This document shows, piece after piece, positions 20,922 to 29,797 of a stretch of 64,000 nucleotides of DNA. Origin of the DNA: an uncultured Candidatus Saccharibacteria bacterium. GTDB lineage: Bacteria > Patescibacteriota > Minisyncoccia > Phycocordibacterales > CAIRYW01. Positions within the stretch are counted from its first letter, which is position 1. Each line of letters opens with the position of its first letter. The stretch is taken from NCBI GenBank assembly GCA_964386665.1, contig CAYLQP010000001.1, positions 48,111 to 112,110 on the forward strand, written 5' to 3'. The position numbers and the translations under genes were made by a program. The notes beneath the pieces are model-generated. The model was not told where the DNA came from and did no database searches. It saw only the letters and a program-made list of their open reading frames with translations.

Positions 20922-21467
20922 ATGTATACAAAAGAAATAATTCAACAAATCAAAAAAGGAGAAATCGCTGTTATACCGACTGACACAATTTTTGGTATTG
21001 TTTGTAGTGCATTACACAAGAAATCAGTCGAAAAAATCTACACACTAAAAAAAAGAAACGAAGGTAAACCCGTTATTATTTTGATCTCAAGTATCAATGA
21101 TATAAAGAAATTTAGTGTCACTCTATCTAAACAACAAATAACCAATCTAAAAAAACACTGGCCCGGCAAAGTAAGTATTATCCTTCCTTGCAAAGACAAG
21201 ACATTTGAGTATCTCCATCGAGGCACAAACACTCTTGCGTTTCGTTTGCCCAAGAAACAAGATCTTATAGATCTACTCAAAAAAACAGGTCCACTTATCG
21301 CGCCAAGTGCCAATCCAGAAGGGCTCTTACCCGCTACAAACATCACAGAAGCAAAAGAATACTTCGGTGACAGTGTTTCTATCTATCAATCAGGTAAGGT
21401 ATCAAAAAAAGCATCAAAGATAATCAAATATGAAGAAAATGGAGAAGTACAAATTATCCGAGCCTAA
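20922..21467 (+). CDS. tsaC: L-threonylcarbamoyladenylate synthase (YrdC/TsaC family, stand-alone YrdC domain)
   Basis: 181 aa from the in-frame ATG at 20922. YrdC-like blocks (VIPTDTIFGIVCSA, KPVIILISS, LIAPSANPEG). The upstream part of the track ORF (from 20808) is low-complexity and probably untranslated. Confidence 0.8.
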   Translation: MYTKEIIQQIKKGEIAVIPTDTIFGIVCSALHKKSVEKIYTLKKRNEGKPVIILISSINDIKKFSVTLSKQQITNLKKHWPGKVSIILPCKDKTFEYLHRGTNTLAFRLPKKQDLIDLLKKTGPLIAPSANPEGLLPATNITEAKEYFGDSVSIYQSGKVSKKASKIIKYEENGEVQIIRA

Positions 21468-21515
21468 TGCTCCTTTAGTTGAAAACAAAAAGACTTTTTG
21501 CTAGTATGGGTAAAT

Positions 21516-22223
21516 ATGAAAACAAAAAAACCAACAGGTAAGTCTGCTCCCATTGTTATTTCTGTTGGAGGGTCTCTTATTGTTCCAGACGCTATAAATA
21601 GCGTTTTTTTGCGGGACTTGAAGCACCTTTTGCTCGAAGGGATAAAAGAAGGTAAACGGTACATCATTATTTGTGGTGGAGGTAAGATTTGCCGACGATA
21701 TCAAGATGTAGCACAAGACATCACCAAGCTTCGTCACGAAGATGTTGATTGGCTCGGGATTCACGCAACCAGACTTAATGCGCAACTTGTTAAAACTATT
21801 CTTTTGCCACACGCTGAAGAAATAATTGTTCATGATCCATTCGACAAGAAAATACAGTTTGAAAAACCAATTCTCGTGGCAGCAGGATGGAAACCAGGAT
21901 GGAGTACTGACTTTGATGCGGTGTGTCTTGCGAAACGATACAAAGCAAAGAAACTCATTAATCTCTCAAACATTGACTATGTCTATACAGCAGATCCTCG
22001 CACAAATCCAGATGCTACAAAAATAGAAAAAATCTCTTGGAAAGCATTTCGAAGGCTCATTCCTAAAAAATGGGATCCAGGACTTTCGAGCCCTTTTGAT
22101 CCAATTGCAAGTAAAGAAGCTGAAAGCCTCGGACTTGAAGTAGCGATCATCAATGGAACACGACTTGACCAAATCAACTCATTTGTTTCTGGAGAACAAT
22201 TTGTCGGATCAAAGATTGGGTAG
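21516..22223 (+). CDS. pyrH: uridylate kinase (UMP kinase, amino-acid-kinase fold; archaeal-like short form)
   Basis: Has IVISVGGSLIV and IIICGGG motifs. The track ORF begins at a TTG (21498), and the first ATG is at 21516. Confidence 0.8.
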   Translation: MKTKKPTGKSAPIVISVGGSLIVPDAINSVFLRDLKHLLLEGIKEGKRYIIICGGGKICRRYQDVAQDITKLRHEDVDWLGIHATRLNAQLVKTILLPHAEEIIVHDPFDKKIQFEKPILVAAGWKPGWSTDFDAVCLAKRYKAKKLINLSNIDYVYTADPRTNPDATKIEKISWKAFRRLIPKKWDPGLSSPFDPIASKEAESLGLEVAIINGTRLDQINSFVSGEQFVGSKIG

Positions 22224-22279
22224 AATCCATCTCAAATATATTTATTGAGAATTTGTATCAGAGTGCTACAATAGAGTCT

Positions 22280-23707
22280 ATGCAAACAACGTATTATCCA
22301 ACTATAGGACTAGAAATTCACGCCGAACTTACTACCAAAAGTAAGATGTTTTGTGGATGCAAAAATGATCCCGATGAAACAACTCCAAACGCCAATGTTT
22401 GTCCTGTGTGTATGGGTCATCCTGGAACACTCCCGTATCCGAATTTCGAGGCGATAAAACACGTTCTTAAAGTAGGAATCGCGCTCGATGGAACCCTTGC
22501 GGACTTTACTGAATTCGATCGAAAAAATTATTTCTATCCTGATATTCCAAAAGGGTATCAGATTAGCCAAGCTAAGTATCCGTTTGTCACAGGGGGGAAT
22601 CTTGAGGGAGTTGCAATCACTCGTGTGCATCTCGAAGAAGATACAGCAAAAAGTGGTCACGAAACAGGGGATTATTCTCTTGTAGATTTTAATCGATCAA
22701 GCCTTCCTCTTATGGAGCTTGTGACAGAGCCTGTGATTCATGATGCAAAGACAGCAGGAAACTTCGCGCGAGAACTTCAGCTTCTGTTACGGTATCTTGG
22801 AGCAAGTGAAGCTAATATGGAAAAAGGTCAGATGCGAGTGGAAGCAAATATTTCTATTTCTCCCGAAGAAGGAAAGTTAGGAACAAAAGTAGAAGTAAAA
22901 AACCTGAACTCGTTTCGCTCAGTTGAACGGGCGATTGAATACGAAATTGAACGACACAAAGCACTTCTTGAAGCAGGAGAAGAAATCAAGCAAGAAACAC
23001 GTGGGTTTGATGAAACCACAGGTAAGACGTTCTCACAGCGAAGCAAAGAAGATGCGCACGATTATCGATATTTCCCAGAACCAGATATACCAAAGATGTA
23101 TATTTCAGAAATTCCCGAATTTGAACTTGAGACACTCAAAAAAGAAATGCCAGAACTACCCAAAGAAAAACGAGTTCGATATGCAAATGAGTACAAAATA
23201 AAGTCAGACGACATAGAAGTGTTTGTTCAAAACCCTACTCTTGCCACCTTCTTTGAGCGAGCGATTAGTAACTTCTGTGATGATACCTCTTGTATTCAAC
23301 TTGCTTCAAACTATATGATTTCGGATTTGATGGGATTGATGAAAGCAGAAGGAAGGGAAGATGTCGGGGCACTGTTTCCTAGTTCGTTTGGTGAGCTTAT
23401 GCTTCTGCTTAAGGAAGGCAAGATCTCAAGTCGTGGAGCCAAAGACCTACTTGCACTTATGTACAAAGAAGGAGGAGAAAACCCAGAGAAGATTGCAGAA
23501 GAGAAAGGTTGGATTCTCAAAGATGATCCAGAATTACTCAAAAGAATACTTGTAGACATAATGTCAAAAAACCAAAAGAGTGTTGAAGAATATCGAAGTG
23601 GAAAAGAAAACGCACTCAATGCGCTCATTGGCCAAGCTATGAAAGAAAGCAAAGGTGCCTTTAGTCCACAGACAATCAAAGAAGGATTGATCGAAATTTT
23701 GAAATAA
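22280..23707 (+). CDS. gatB: aspartyl/glutamyl-tRNA(Asn/Gln) amidotransferase subunit B
   Basis: YYPTIGLEIHAELTTKSKMFCGC...CPVCMGHPGTLP, plus a C-terminal GatB/YqeY domain. Confidence 0.92.
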   Translation: MQTTYYPTIGLEIHAELTTKSKMFCGCKNDPDETTPNANVCPVCMGHPGTLPYPNFEAIKHVLKVGIALDGTLADFTEFDRKNYFYPDIPKGYQISQAKYPFVTGGNLEGVAITRVHLEEDTAKSGHETGDYSLVDFNRSSLPLMELVTEPVIHDAKTAGNFARELQLLLRYLGASEANMEKGQMRVEANISISPEEGKLGTKVEVKNLNSFRSVERAIEYEIERHKALLEAGEEIKQETRGFDETTGKTFSQRSKEDAHDYRYFPEPDIPKMYISEIPEFELETLKKEMPELPKEKRVRYANEYKIKSDDIEVFVQNPTLATFFERAISNFCDDTSCIQLASNYMISDLMGLMKAEGREDVGALFPSSFGELMLLLKEGKISSRGAKDLLALMYKEGGENPEKIAEEKGWILKDDPELLKRILVDIMSKNQKSVEEYRSGKENALNALIGQAMKESKGAFSPQTIKEGLIEILK

Positions 23708-23708
23708 A

Positions 23709-23740
23709 AAAAACAACGAACAGGGGGGGTTCGTTGTGAG
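23709..23740. terminator. bidirectional terminator between gatB (+) and purH-N (-)
   Basis: caacgaac-aggggggg-ttcgttg hairpin with an A-run on one side. It sits between convergent genes. Confidence 0.45.
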
Positions 23741-23742
23741 TT

Positions 23743-24354
23743 CTAGTCTGCTTTAGGACTCTTTTTCCCATTCAGAAACTCAAAGATCGCGAGGTCGTAG
23801 CTGCTGGTACGCTCGAACACGTGGATTGCGAGGCGCTCGCGGGTTTCAAACTTCGTTGCGCCACCGTTCGACCGCATTTCTTCGAGTACCACGGCGTAGT
23901 CCGCAGGGTCCGTGACGATGGTCACGGACTGGTAGTTTTTTGACGCAGCACGTAGCATGGCCGGACCACCGACATCAATGTTCTCAATCGCATCCTCCAG
24001 TGTCACGCCATCCTTCGCCACGGTCTGCTCGAAGGGATAGAGGTTTACAATGAGCAGATCAATCGGCAGTACGTCGTGCTCCTTAGCCTGCTCCACGTGT
24101 TGGGCGTTTTCCCGCTGATAGAGTAAGCCGCCATGGACCTTCGGGTGCAGGGTCTTCACCCGACCGTCGAAACATTCTGGGTAGCCGGTGAAATCCGCTA
24201 CTTCGATCACTGGAATACCCAGCTTCCGTATAAATGCCGCGCTGCCGCCCGTGGAGATGATTTCTACTCCCATTGCGTGCAGTCCTTGTACCAAGGTTTC
24301 CAGCCCGTTCTTGTTTGATACCGATATGAGTGCTCGCGTGATTTTTGGGTCCAT
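23743..24354 (-). CDS. purH: stand-alone IMP cyclohydrolase (PurH N-terminal MGS-like domain only), GC-anomalous
   Basis: Strong match to the PurH N-domain (ALISVSNKNGL..STGGSAAFIRKLGIPVIEVADFTGYPECFDGRVKTLHPKVHGGLL..NLYPFEQTV..IENIDVGGPAMLRAASKNY). No AICAR transformylase domain follows. The coding body is about 58% GC against about 38% for its neighbours. The ATG at 24354 (MDPKIT) is preferred over the track start at 24441. Confidence 0.75.
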   Translation of the reverse strand: MDPKITRALISVSNKNGLETLVQGLHAMGVEIISTGGSAAFIRKLGIPVIEVADFTGYPECFDGRVKTLHPKVHGGLLYQRENAQHVEQAKEHDVLPIDLLIVNLYPFEQTVAKDGVTLEDAIENIDVGGPAMLRAASKNYQSVTIVTDPADYAVVLEEMRSNGGATKFETRERLAIHVFERTSSYDLAIFEFLNGKKSPKAD

Positions 24355-24435
24355 TTTCAGGATGTGTTTGATTTGAAGTTTCCCTAACAGATGTGAAAGG
24401 GCGACTATTCCACACATTAACAAATCAGATTTTTT

Positions 24436-24466
24436 TTGCAACTTTTTGAAAAAGGTATGATATAAT
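24436..24466 (+). promoter_or_regulatory. candidate sigma-70 promoter for gap (TTGCAA -35, extended TGaTATAAT -10)
   Basis: TATAAT at 24461-24466 with TG at 24458-24459. The ATG follows at 24475. Confidence 0.35.
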
Positions 24467-24474
24467 TATTCGAA

Positions 24475-25692
24475 ATGATGACACAAAAGAAAATTAAAGT
24501 TGCAATCAATGGAGCAGGACGAATTGGCCGAGCGTTTTATAAGATTGCAGCAAGTATTGATCAAATGGAAATCGTTGCAATCAATGATTTGGGAGACATC
24601 GAAAACATTGCATACTTAATGAAGTTTGATAGTGCATATGGCAAGAGCGGATTTTCGGTTGATGTATGTGATGACAAAAAGTCGTTGATGCTTGGAGGAA
24701 AAAAAGTTCACTTCTTTAGTGAAAAAGAACCAAAAAATCTTCCTTGGAAAGATCTCGGTATTGATGTAGTAGTAGAGTCAACTGGGTTTTTTACTTCATA
24801 CGAAAAATCAAAAGGACACCTCGAAGCCGGAGCAAAGCGAGTAGTGATTTCTGCTCCCGCCAAAGACGAAGTAGGAAGTGCTTTCCAAACTCCTACAATC
24901 CTTATTGGTATCAATGAAGGGGACTTTGTAAAGGCGCCTGTTACTTCAAATGCAAGTTGTACAACCAATGCTTCAAGTCCTGTAATGGCAATTCTTGATG
25001 AAGTAATAGGTATCGAAAAAGCGATTCTTTCAACTGTTCACGGATACACTGCAAGTCAGTCACTTGTAGACAGTCCAAGCAAAAAAGATTGGAAAGAAGG
25101 CCGAGCAGCTGGCCAAAACATTGTTCCTACATCAACTGGTGCGGCCCTTGCAGTAGCAAAAGCACTTCCACAACTAGAAGGTAAGTTTGATGGTATCTCA
25201 ATGCGAGTTCCTGTGATTGCTGGATCTATTGCTGATATCACATTTATTGCAAAACGACCAACAAGTGTTGAAGAGGTAAATCAGATTTTGCTCACTGCCT
25301 CACAAGATGATCGATGGCGAGATGTCTTTTCTTGCACAAATGATCCTTTGGTTTCTTCTGATATTGTTGGATCAATCTTTGCTTCTATTGCCGACCTTAA
25401 CCTGACTCGTGTTGTTGATCGAACTTTGGTGAAAGTTTGTGCTTGGTATGACAACGAGATCGGCTATACTCACGCACTTGTTATGCACGTACTTAAAGCG
25501 GCACAAGTAGTTATCGAGGAGCACTCTGAATTTAGTAAGAATCTTATTGAAGCTCATTCTGATGAGGAAACACAAACACAGTCTCCTGTAAGTGTTGCAC
25601 CAGAACCTCAAGTGGCTCCTATCGTAGTAGAAAAAGAAGAGAAAGAAGCTGATGAGGATATGGGACCTCCGCCAATTCCTCGATATGTATAA
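24475..25692 (+). CDS. gap: glyceraldehyde-3-phosphate dehydrogenase (type I) with a ~70-aa acidic/Pro-rich C-terminal extension
   Basis: NGAGRIGR Rossmann motif and catalytic SNASCTTN. After residue ~335 the sequence turns into an E/P/V-rich low-complexity tail. Confidence 0.9.
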   Translation: MMTQKKIKVAINGAGRIGRAFYKIAASIDQMEIVAINDLGDIENIAYLMKFDSAYGKSGFSVDVCDDKKSLMLGGKKVHFFSEKEPKNLPWKDLGIDVVVESTGFFTSYEKSKGHLEAGAKRVVISAPAKDEVGSAFQTPTILIGINEGDFVKAPVTSNASCTTNASSPVMAILDEVIGIEKAILSTVHGYTASQSLVDSPSKKDWKEGRAAGQNIVPTSTGAALAVAKALPQLEGKFDGISMRVPVIAGSIADITFIAKRPTSVEEVNQILLTASQDDRWRDVFSCTNDPLVSSDIVGSIFASIADLNLTRVVDRTLVKVCAWYDNEIGYTHALVMHVLKAAQVVIEEHSEFSKNLIEAHSDEETQTQSPVSVAPEPQVAPIVVEKEEKEADEDMGPPPIPRYV

Positions 25693-25695
25693 TGT

Positions 25696-26169
25696 ATGAA
25701 CCTGATTTATATTGCATCTGACCACGCAGGATTTGGGCTCAAAGAAGAGTTAAAAGTTTTTCTTGAGACACTTGGATATCAAGTAATTGATAAGGGTCCT
25801 TTTATGCTTAATCCAGAAGATGATTATCCAGAACTTGTATTACCTGTCGCACTTGAAGTTGCAAAAGATTCAAATGCGAAAGGGATTGTTATTGGTGGAA
25901 GTGGACAAGGGGAAGCTATGGTGTGTAACCGACTTAGGGGGGTGCGTGCAGTGGTGTTTAATGGACAATATGAACCAAAAGATGGACGGACTGTTCCAAA
26001 CGAGATTCGAGTTTCTCGGGAACACAATGATGCAAATATTCTTTCTCTTGGTGCTCGGTTTATAAATACACAAGAGGCAAAAATTGCAGTTAATGTGTGG
26101 CTTGGTACAAAGTTTTCGGGAGACGAAAGGCATGTGAGGAGAATTAAAAAGATAGATGAAATTTTATGA
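25696..26169 (+). CDS. rpiB: ribose-5-phosphate isomerase B (RpiB/LacAB family)
   Basis: IYIASDHAGFGLKEEL, GIVIGGSGQGEAMVCNR. Confidence 0.85.
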   Translation: MNLIYIASDHAGFGLKEELKVFLETLGYQVIDKGPFMLNPEDDYPELVLPVALEVAKDSNAKGIVIGGSGQGEAMVCNRLRGVRAVVFNGQYEPKDGRTVPNEIRVSREHNDANILSLGARFINTQEAKIAVNVWLGTKFSGDERHVRRIKKIDEIL

Positions 26170-26957
26170 TTGAGATAATTAATAAGAGTTATCAAAAATC
26201 AAAATTGATCTGGGAGTCCCGTATCCTGGTAATTTTATTCCTATGTTTAGTGACTTACAAGTATTCTTTTTTTATGTTTTGTGGTGTGGGTTATGAACCA
26301 TCTTTTATCCCATCAATTTGTTATATTTTTTATATCTTGTACATTCTTATTCCTTTGAATGTTATATTAATAATTATTAATATATTCAGCAAACGATTTG
26401 TAAAAATAAGTTTTTATTATGTAGGATTCTTTTTGTTTTTTATGTCTTTAATATTTCCTCTTGTTGGTAAATTTTGGGATCAGTATAAATATTATAAAGG
26501 TTATGATAGTGAACTTGAGCAAAGTATTGTCGAATATAAGAATTCAATTGATAATTATTTTATTTTAAATCAACGTGACGAATCTAAGGTCACTGAATGT
26601 ACAATTTATCATTTTTCCCAAATTAATAACTTTAAAGAATTGCATAAGGTATTAAATTTTGATATATGTGGCATCAAATATTTTTTTGATCCAAATCGTT
26701 CGGACCAAAGCATAACTTATGATCTTTTAAAAAAGGACAGACCTAAACTGAGGGGGTTTCCTCATAAAACTCAGGGTAGCTATATTTACGGGATAGACAT
26801 TTTCCGAACGAAATTTAAAGTCTATCTTTTTCCTAAAATTATTAACAGATCAGGAATGAATCTAATTTATCAACAGGGGATTATTGAAAGTATTTTTGTT
26901 GATGAAAAATGGGTTGATTTCAGATCTTATGCTTTAGAGAATTTAAAAGAAAAATAA
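26166..26957 (+). CDS. hypothetical membrane protein, strongly AT-rich orphan
   Basis: 263 aa. Three or four N-terminal TM helices and a soluble Tyr/Lys/Asn-rich C-terminal half. Codon usage is far more AT-biased than the flanking rpiB and rpe. Confidence 0.5.
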   Translation: MIEIINKSYQKSKLIWESRILVILFLCLVTYKYSFFMFCGVGYEPSFIPSICYIFYILYILIPLNVILIIINIFSKRFVKISFYYVGFFLFFMSLIFPLVGKFWDQYKYYKGYDSELEQSIVEYKNSIDNYFILNQRDESKVTECTIYHFSQINNFKELHKVLNFDICGIKYFFDPNRSDQSITYDLLKKDRPKLRGFPHKTQGSYIYGIDIFRTKFKVYLFPKIINRSGMNLIYQQGIIESIFVDEKWVDFRSYALENLKEK

Positions 26958-26962
26958 AATTT

Positions 26963-27646
26963 ATGGAAATTATACCTGCAATACTTGTTACAACGTTTAG
27001 AGAACTTGAAGAAAAGGTAGAGTCAATCAAAGGTCTTGCACCATTTTGTCAAATCGATGTGACTGATGGTAAGTTTGCTGGTCGTCCGTCTTGGCCTCTT
27101 GTAAAACCAGATAAAAACTTCGAGTCTATTTTGCTTCAAGAGAGAGGGATGCCGTTTTGGGAAGAGATTGATTTCGAGATTGATTTGATGGTAGAACATC
27201 CATTTGCACTTGCACGAGATTTTATTGCAGCGGGTGCATCACGACTCATTTTTCACGCTGATACTGTTCGTCTCGAAGAAGACAAAATGCTTTTGGATCA
27301 ACTCAAAAGTGAAGGGCTTGTGGAGATTGGGATTGCGGTCCGGTCTTCTACTTCTCCCGAACTGATTAAAGAGCTTTTAGAGTTCGCTGATTTTTTCCAA
27401 GTGATGACAATTGATCCAATTGGGGTTCAAGGTTCACCTTTTGATGAGAAGGCGATTGAAACAATAAGGCTTATACGAAGCTGGATTCCAAATGCAATTA
27501 TTGCCTGCGATGGAGCAATGCAACCAGAAACAATCGAGCTTTGTATGAACGCTGGAGCAACTCGGTTTTCGGTTGGATCGTATATTTTCAAATCTGAAAA
27601 TCCTCGTATGATGCTTGAGGATTTGAATAGTATTGTAGAAGAGTAG
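26963..27646 (+). CDS. rpe: ribulose-phosphate 3-epimerase-like TIM-barrel protein (divergent)
   Basis: QIDVTDGKFAG, DLMVEHP, MTIDPIGVQGSPF and ACDGAM...AGATRFSVGSYIF align with Rpe sequence blocks. Confidence 0.65.
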   Translation: MEIIPAILVTTFRELEEKVESIKGLAPFCQIDVTDGKFAGRPSWPLVKPDKNFESILLQERGMPFWEEIDFEIDLMVEHPFALARDFIAAGASRLIFHADTVRLEEDKMLLDQLKSEGLVEIGIAVRSSTSPELIKELLEFADFFQVMTIDPIGVQGSPFDEKAIETIRLIRSWIPNAIIACDGAMQPETIELCMNAGATRFSVGSYIFKSENPRMMLEDLNSIVEE

Positions 27647-27682
27647 AACATTTTTTATATTGTCTATGATATAATTTGTGTA

Positions 27683-28552
27683 ATGAATTCTTTAGACGAT
27701 AAAAAAATAAAATTCTTAGAAGAAAAAGCGAATGATATCCGTCAGTCGATTATTGAAATGCTTTTGGAAGCGGGTTCAGGACATACAGCAGGACCACTTG
27801 GTATGACGGATATATTTACGGCACTTTTTTTTCATACACTCAAACATACGCCATCAGATCCAACCTGGCAAGAAAGAGATAGAGTCGTACTTTCAAACGG
27901 CCATATTTGCCCAGTGTATTATGCAACACTTGCTCATGCGGGATATTTCGCCATAGAAGAACTTAAGACACTTCGCAAATTTGGAAGCAGACTTCAGGGT
28001 CATCCACACCGAGAATTTTTGCCGATAGTTGAAACTTCTTCGGGTCCTCTTGGAAGTGGACTTTCTCAAGCAGTCGGGATGGCACTTGCTGATCGAATCG
28101 ATAATGGACGCAGTTCCAGTAAGCAATTTTATTGTTTTCTTGGTGATGGGGAACTTGATGAAGGTCAAAATTGGGAAGCACTCCTTCTTGCAGGAAAAGA
28201 AAAACTTCAAAACCTCACACTTATTGTTGACCGTAATAATATCCAAATTGATGGATTTACAGAAGATGTGATGCCACTTAACCCACTGGATAAAAAGTTT
28301 GAAGCGTTTAATTTCCATGTGCAGGTGATTGATGGGCACAATTTTGAGCAGATTATCGGGGCGTTTGGGCAAGCACAATCAGTGTTTGATAAACCATCGG
28401 TGATTATTGCCAATACGATTCCTGGAAAAGGAGTAAAAGAGTTTGAAAGAAATTTCGAGTATCACGGGTTTATGAAAAACAAAGAAGAGGGTATAAAAGC
28501 ACTTGATGAACTACGAACACTCGGAGGAAAGATTGAAGGAGAACATAAATAA
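27683..28552 (+). CDS. tkt: transketolase, N-terminal (thiamine-diphosphate-binding) subunit of a split enzyme
   Basis: GSGHTAGPLGMTDIF, GHP, GPLGSGLSQAVGMALA, GDGELDEGQNWEA. Confidence 0.9.
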   Translation: MNSLDDKKIKFLEEKANDIRQSIIEMLLEAGSGHTAGPLGMTDIFTALFFHTLKHTPSDPTWQERDRVVLSNGHICPVYYATLAHAGYFAIEELKTLRKFGSRLQGHPHREFLPIVETSSGPLGSGLSQAVGMALADRIDNGRSSSKQFYCFLGDGELDEGQNWEALLLAGKEKLQNLTLIVDRNNIQIDGFTEDVMPLNPLDKKFEAFNFHVQVIDGHNFEQIIGAFGQAQSVFDKPSVIIANTIPGKGVKEFERNFEYHGFMKNKEEGIKALDELRTLGGKIEGEHK

Positions 28553-28585
28553 AAAAACTCTTCGAGTGGCTACGAAGAGGTGTTA
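28551..28585. terminator. bidirectional terminator between tktN (+) and the Cys-rich ORF (-)
   Basis: ctcttcg-agtggcta-cgaagag hairpin with an A-run 5' and T-rich sequence on the opposite strand. Confidence 0.5.
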
Positions 28586-28971
28586 GGGTTGTGCTTAGGG
28601 CAGAAGCATTGTCCAGACGGTGTGAACAAAATCCAACCTTTAGGATTTGGTTGGTCTGGTTTTCCAGTTAAGACTTGTTCTGCTGTGGTAGAACAATTAG
28701 GTGCATCGCATTGCCAGATTTTGACATCGAATACACCTCTATCAGGATTACTTATAGCCATTCTTTCCAAATCATCCCCGGTGGAAAAAATATCTTTGAC
28801 AGACCGGTGCGTAGGACACAGGGCAATTCTTCCTGACGTCTGTGTGCTACAGTTTGGCCTTGAGACTATGGAACAAGCCATCCATTCGGGACCAGCTGTG
28901 TGCGTACCAATTTGAATTATTGCTGGGCAATTAGGTACACTACAACACAGTTTTTTAATTTGTTGAATCAT
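28570..28971 (-). CDS. Cys-rich hypothetical protein with duplicated PNC...CP[TK]H motifs (putative zinc-binding)
   Basis: 133 aa with 12 Cys. Two half-repeats each carry PNC(P/S) and CP(T/K)H. Local GC is about 45%, above the host. The opposite-strand ORF 28580..28915 is less plausible. Confidence 0.4.
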   Translation of the reverse strand: MIQQIKKLCCSVPNCPAIIQIGTHTAGPEWMACSIVSRPNCSTQTSGRIALCPTHRSVKDIFSTGDDLERMAISNPDRGVFDVKIWQCDAPNCSTTAEQVLTGKPDQPNPKGWILFTPSGQCFCPKHNPNTSS

Positions 28972-29025
28972 GTTTTTTATCCCTTTCCATCACCAAATTT
29001 AACACAAATGCGCAAAAAAACAATC

Positions 29026-29053
29026 CTTGAATCACTTTGGAAATAGGCTATAA
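29026..29053 (+). promoter_or_regulatory. candidate promoter TTGAAT-N16-TATAAT giving a near-leaderless transcript for the MazG-like gene
   Basis: -35 at 29026-29031 and -10 at 29048-29053. The ATG at 29061 is 8 nt downstream of the -10. Confidence 0.4.
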
Positions 29054-29060
29054 TTTGAGT

Positions 29061-29438
29061 ATGAATCAATTGCAACAAAAAATATTAAAGTATATGAAAG
29101 CACGAAATTGGGACAAACTTCCTCCCGCTGACTTGGCAAAATCAATTTCAATTGAGGCAGCAGAACTTCTCGAACACTTCCAATGGCAAAACTTTTCGCC
29201 CGAAGAAATAAAAAAAGACAAAGAAAAGTATCAAGAAATCAAAGATGAAATGGGTGACATTATGATTTATTGTAGTGAGTTCGCTACCCGACTTGGTTTT
29301 GATCTTGAAACAGTTGCTAAAGCAAAATTAAAAAAAGCTGAAAAGAAATACCCTGCAAAGTTATTCAAGAACAGTAAAGACCCTCACGGAACAGGGGTAT
29401 ATCTTCAAATCAAAAAAGCCTATCGCGCAAAAAAATGA
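29061..29438 (+). CDS. MazG-like nucleotide pyrophosphohydrolase domain protein
   Basis: 125 aa from the ATG at 29061. Has the EAAELLEHFQW and EMGDIMIY helices typical of MazG/dCTPase-type all-alpha NTP pyrophosphatases. Confidence 0.65.
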   Translation: MNQLQQKILKYMKARNWDKLPPADLAKSISIEAAELLEHFQWQNFSPEEIKKDKEKYQEIKDEMGDIMIYCSEFATRLGFDLETVAKAKLKKAEKKYPAKLFKNSKDPHGTGVYLQIKKAYRAKK

Positions 29439-29767
29439 TTACGTACGAAGATTTTAGCAAAGTTGAAATCAAAGTAGGGCAGATAGTTGCTGTTGACGAT
29501 TTTCCTGAAGCTCGAAAACCTGCTTACAAACTGACTATCGATTTTGGAGAAGAGATAGGAATAAAGAAATCTTCTGCTCAAATCACTGATCATTACACAA
29601 AAGAAAGTTTGATGGGCAAACAAGTGCTTTGTGTGACAAACTTTCCTCCGAAACAAGTTGGACCATTTATTTCTGAAGTCTTAACACTTGGGCTCCCAGA
29701 CGCGGAAGGCAAAGTAGTACTCATTTCTCCTGACAAGGAAGTTCCGCTTGGAAAAAATATTTTTTAA
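29435..29767 (+). CDS. tRNA-binding domain protein (CsaA/Trbp111/EMAP-II-like OB fold)
   Basis: EDFSKVEIKVGQIVAV..FPEARKPAYKLTIDFG...QVLCVTNFPPKQVG. ATGA overlap with the upstream gene. Confidence 0.75.
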   Translation: MITYEDFSKVEIKVGQIVAVDDFPEARKPAYKLTIDFGEEIGIKKSSAQITDHYTKESLMGKQVLCVTNFPPKQVGPFISEVLTLGLPDAEGKVVLISPDKEVPLGKNIF

Positions 29768-29797
29768 TCTAGATTGGAAGTGATATAATCATAATGA

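Noticed and set aside
24083-24415. Opposite-strand ORFs within purH-N (24083..24415 -, 24133..24318 +, 24188..24376 +)
   Set aside because: They are artefacts of the ~58% GC coding body of the well-supported PurH N-domain gene on the minus strand. The one listed on the same strand is out of frame.
28580-28915. 111-aa plus-strand ORF opposite the Cys-rich gene
   Set aside because: The minus-strand frame shows an internally duplicated Cys/His motif pattern and ends at a terminator with a T-run on its own strand. The plus frame is kept only as an alternative.
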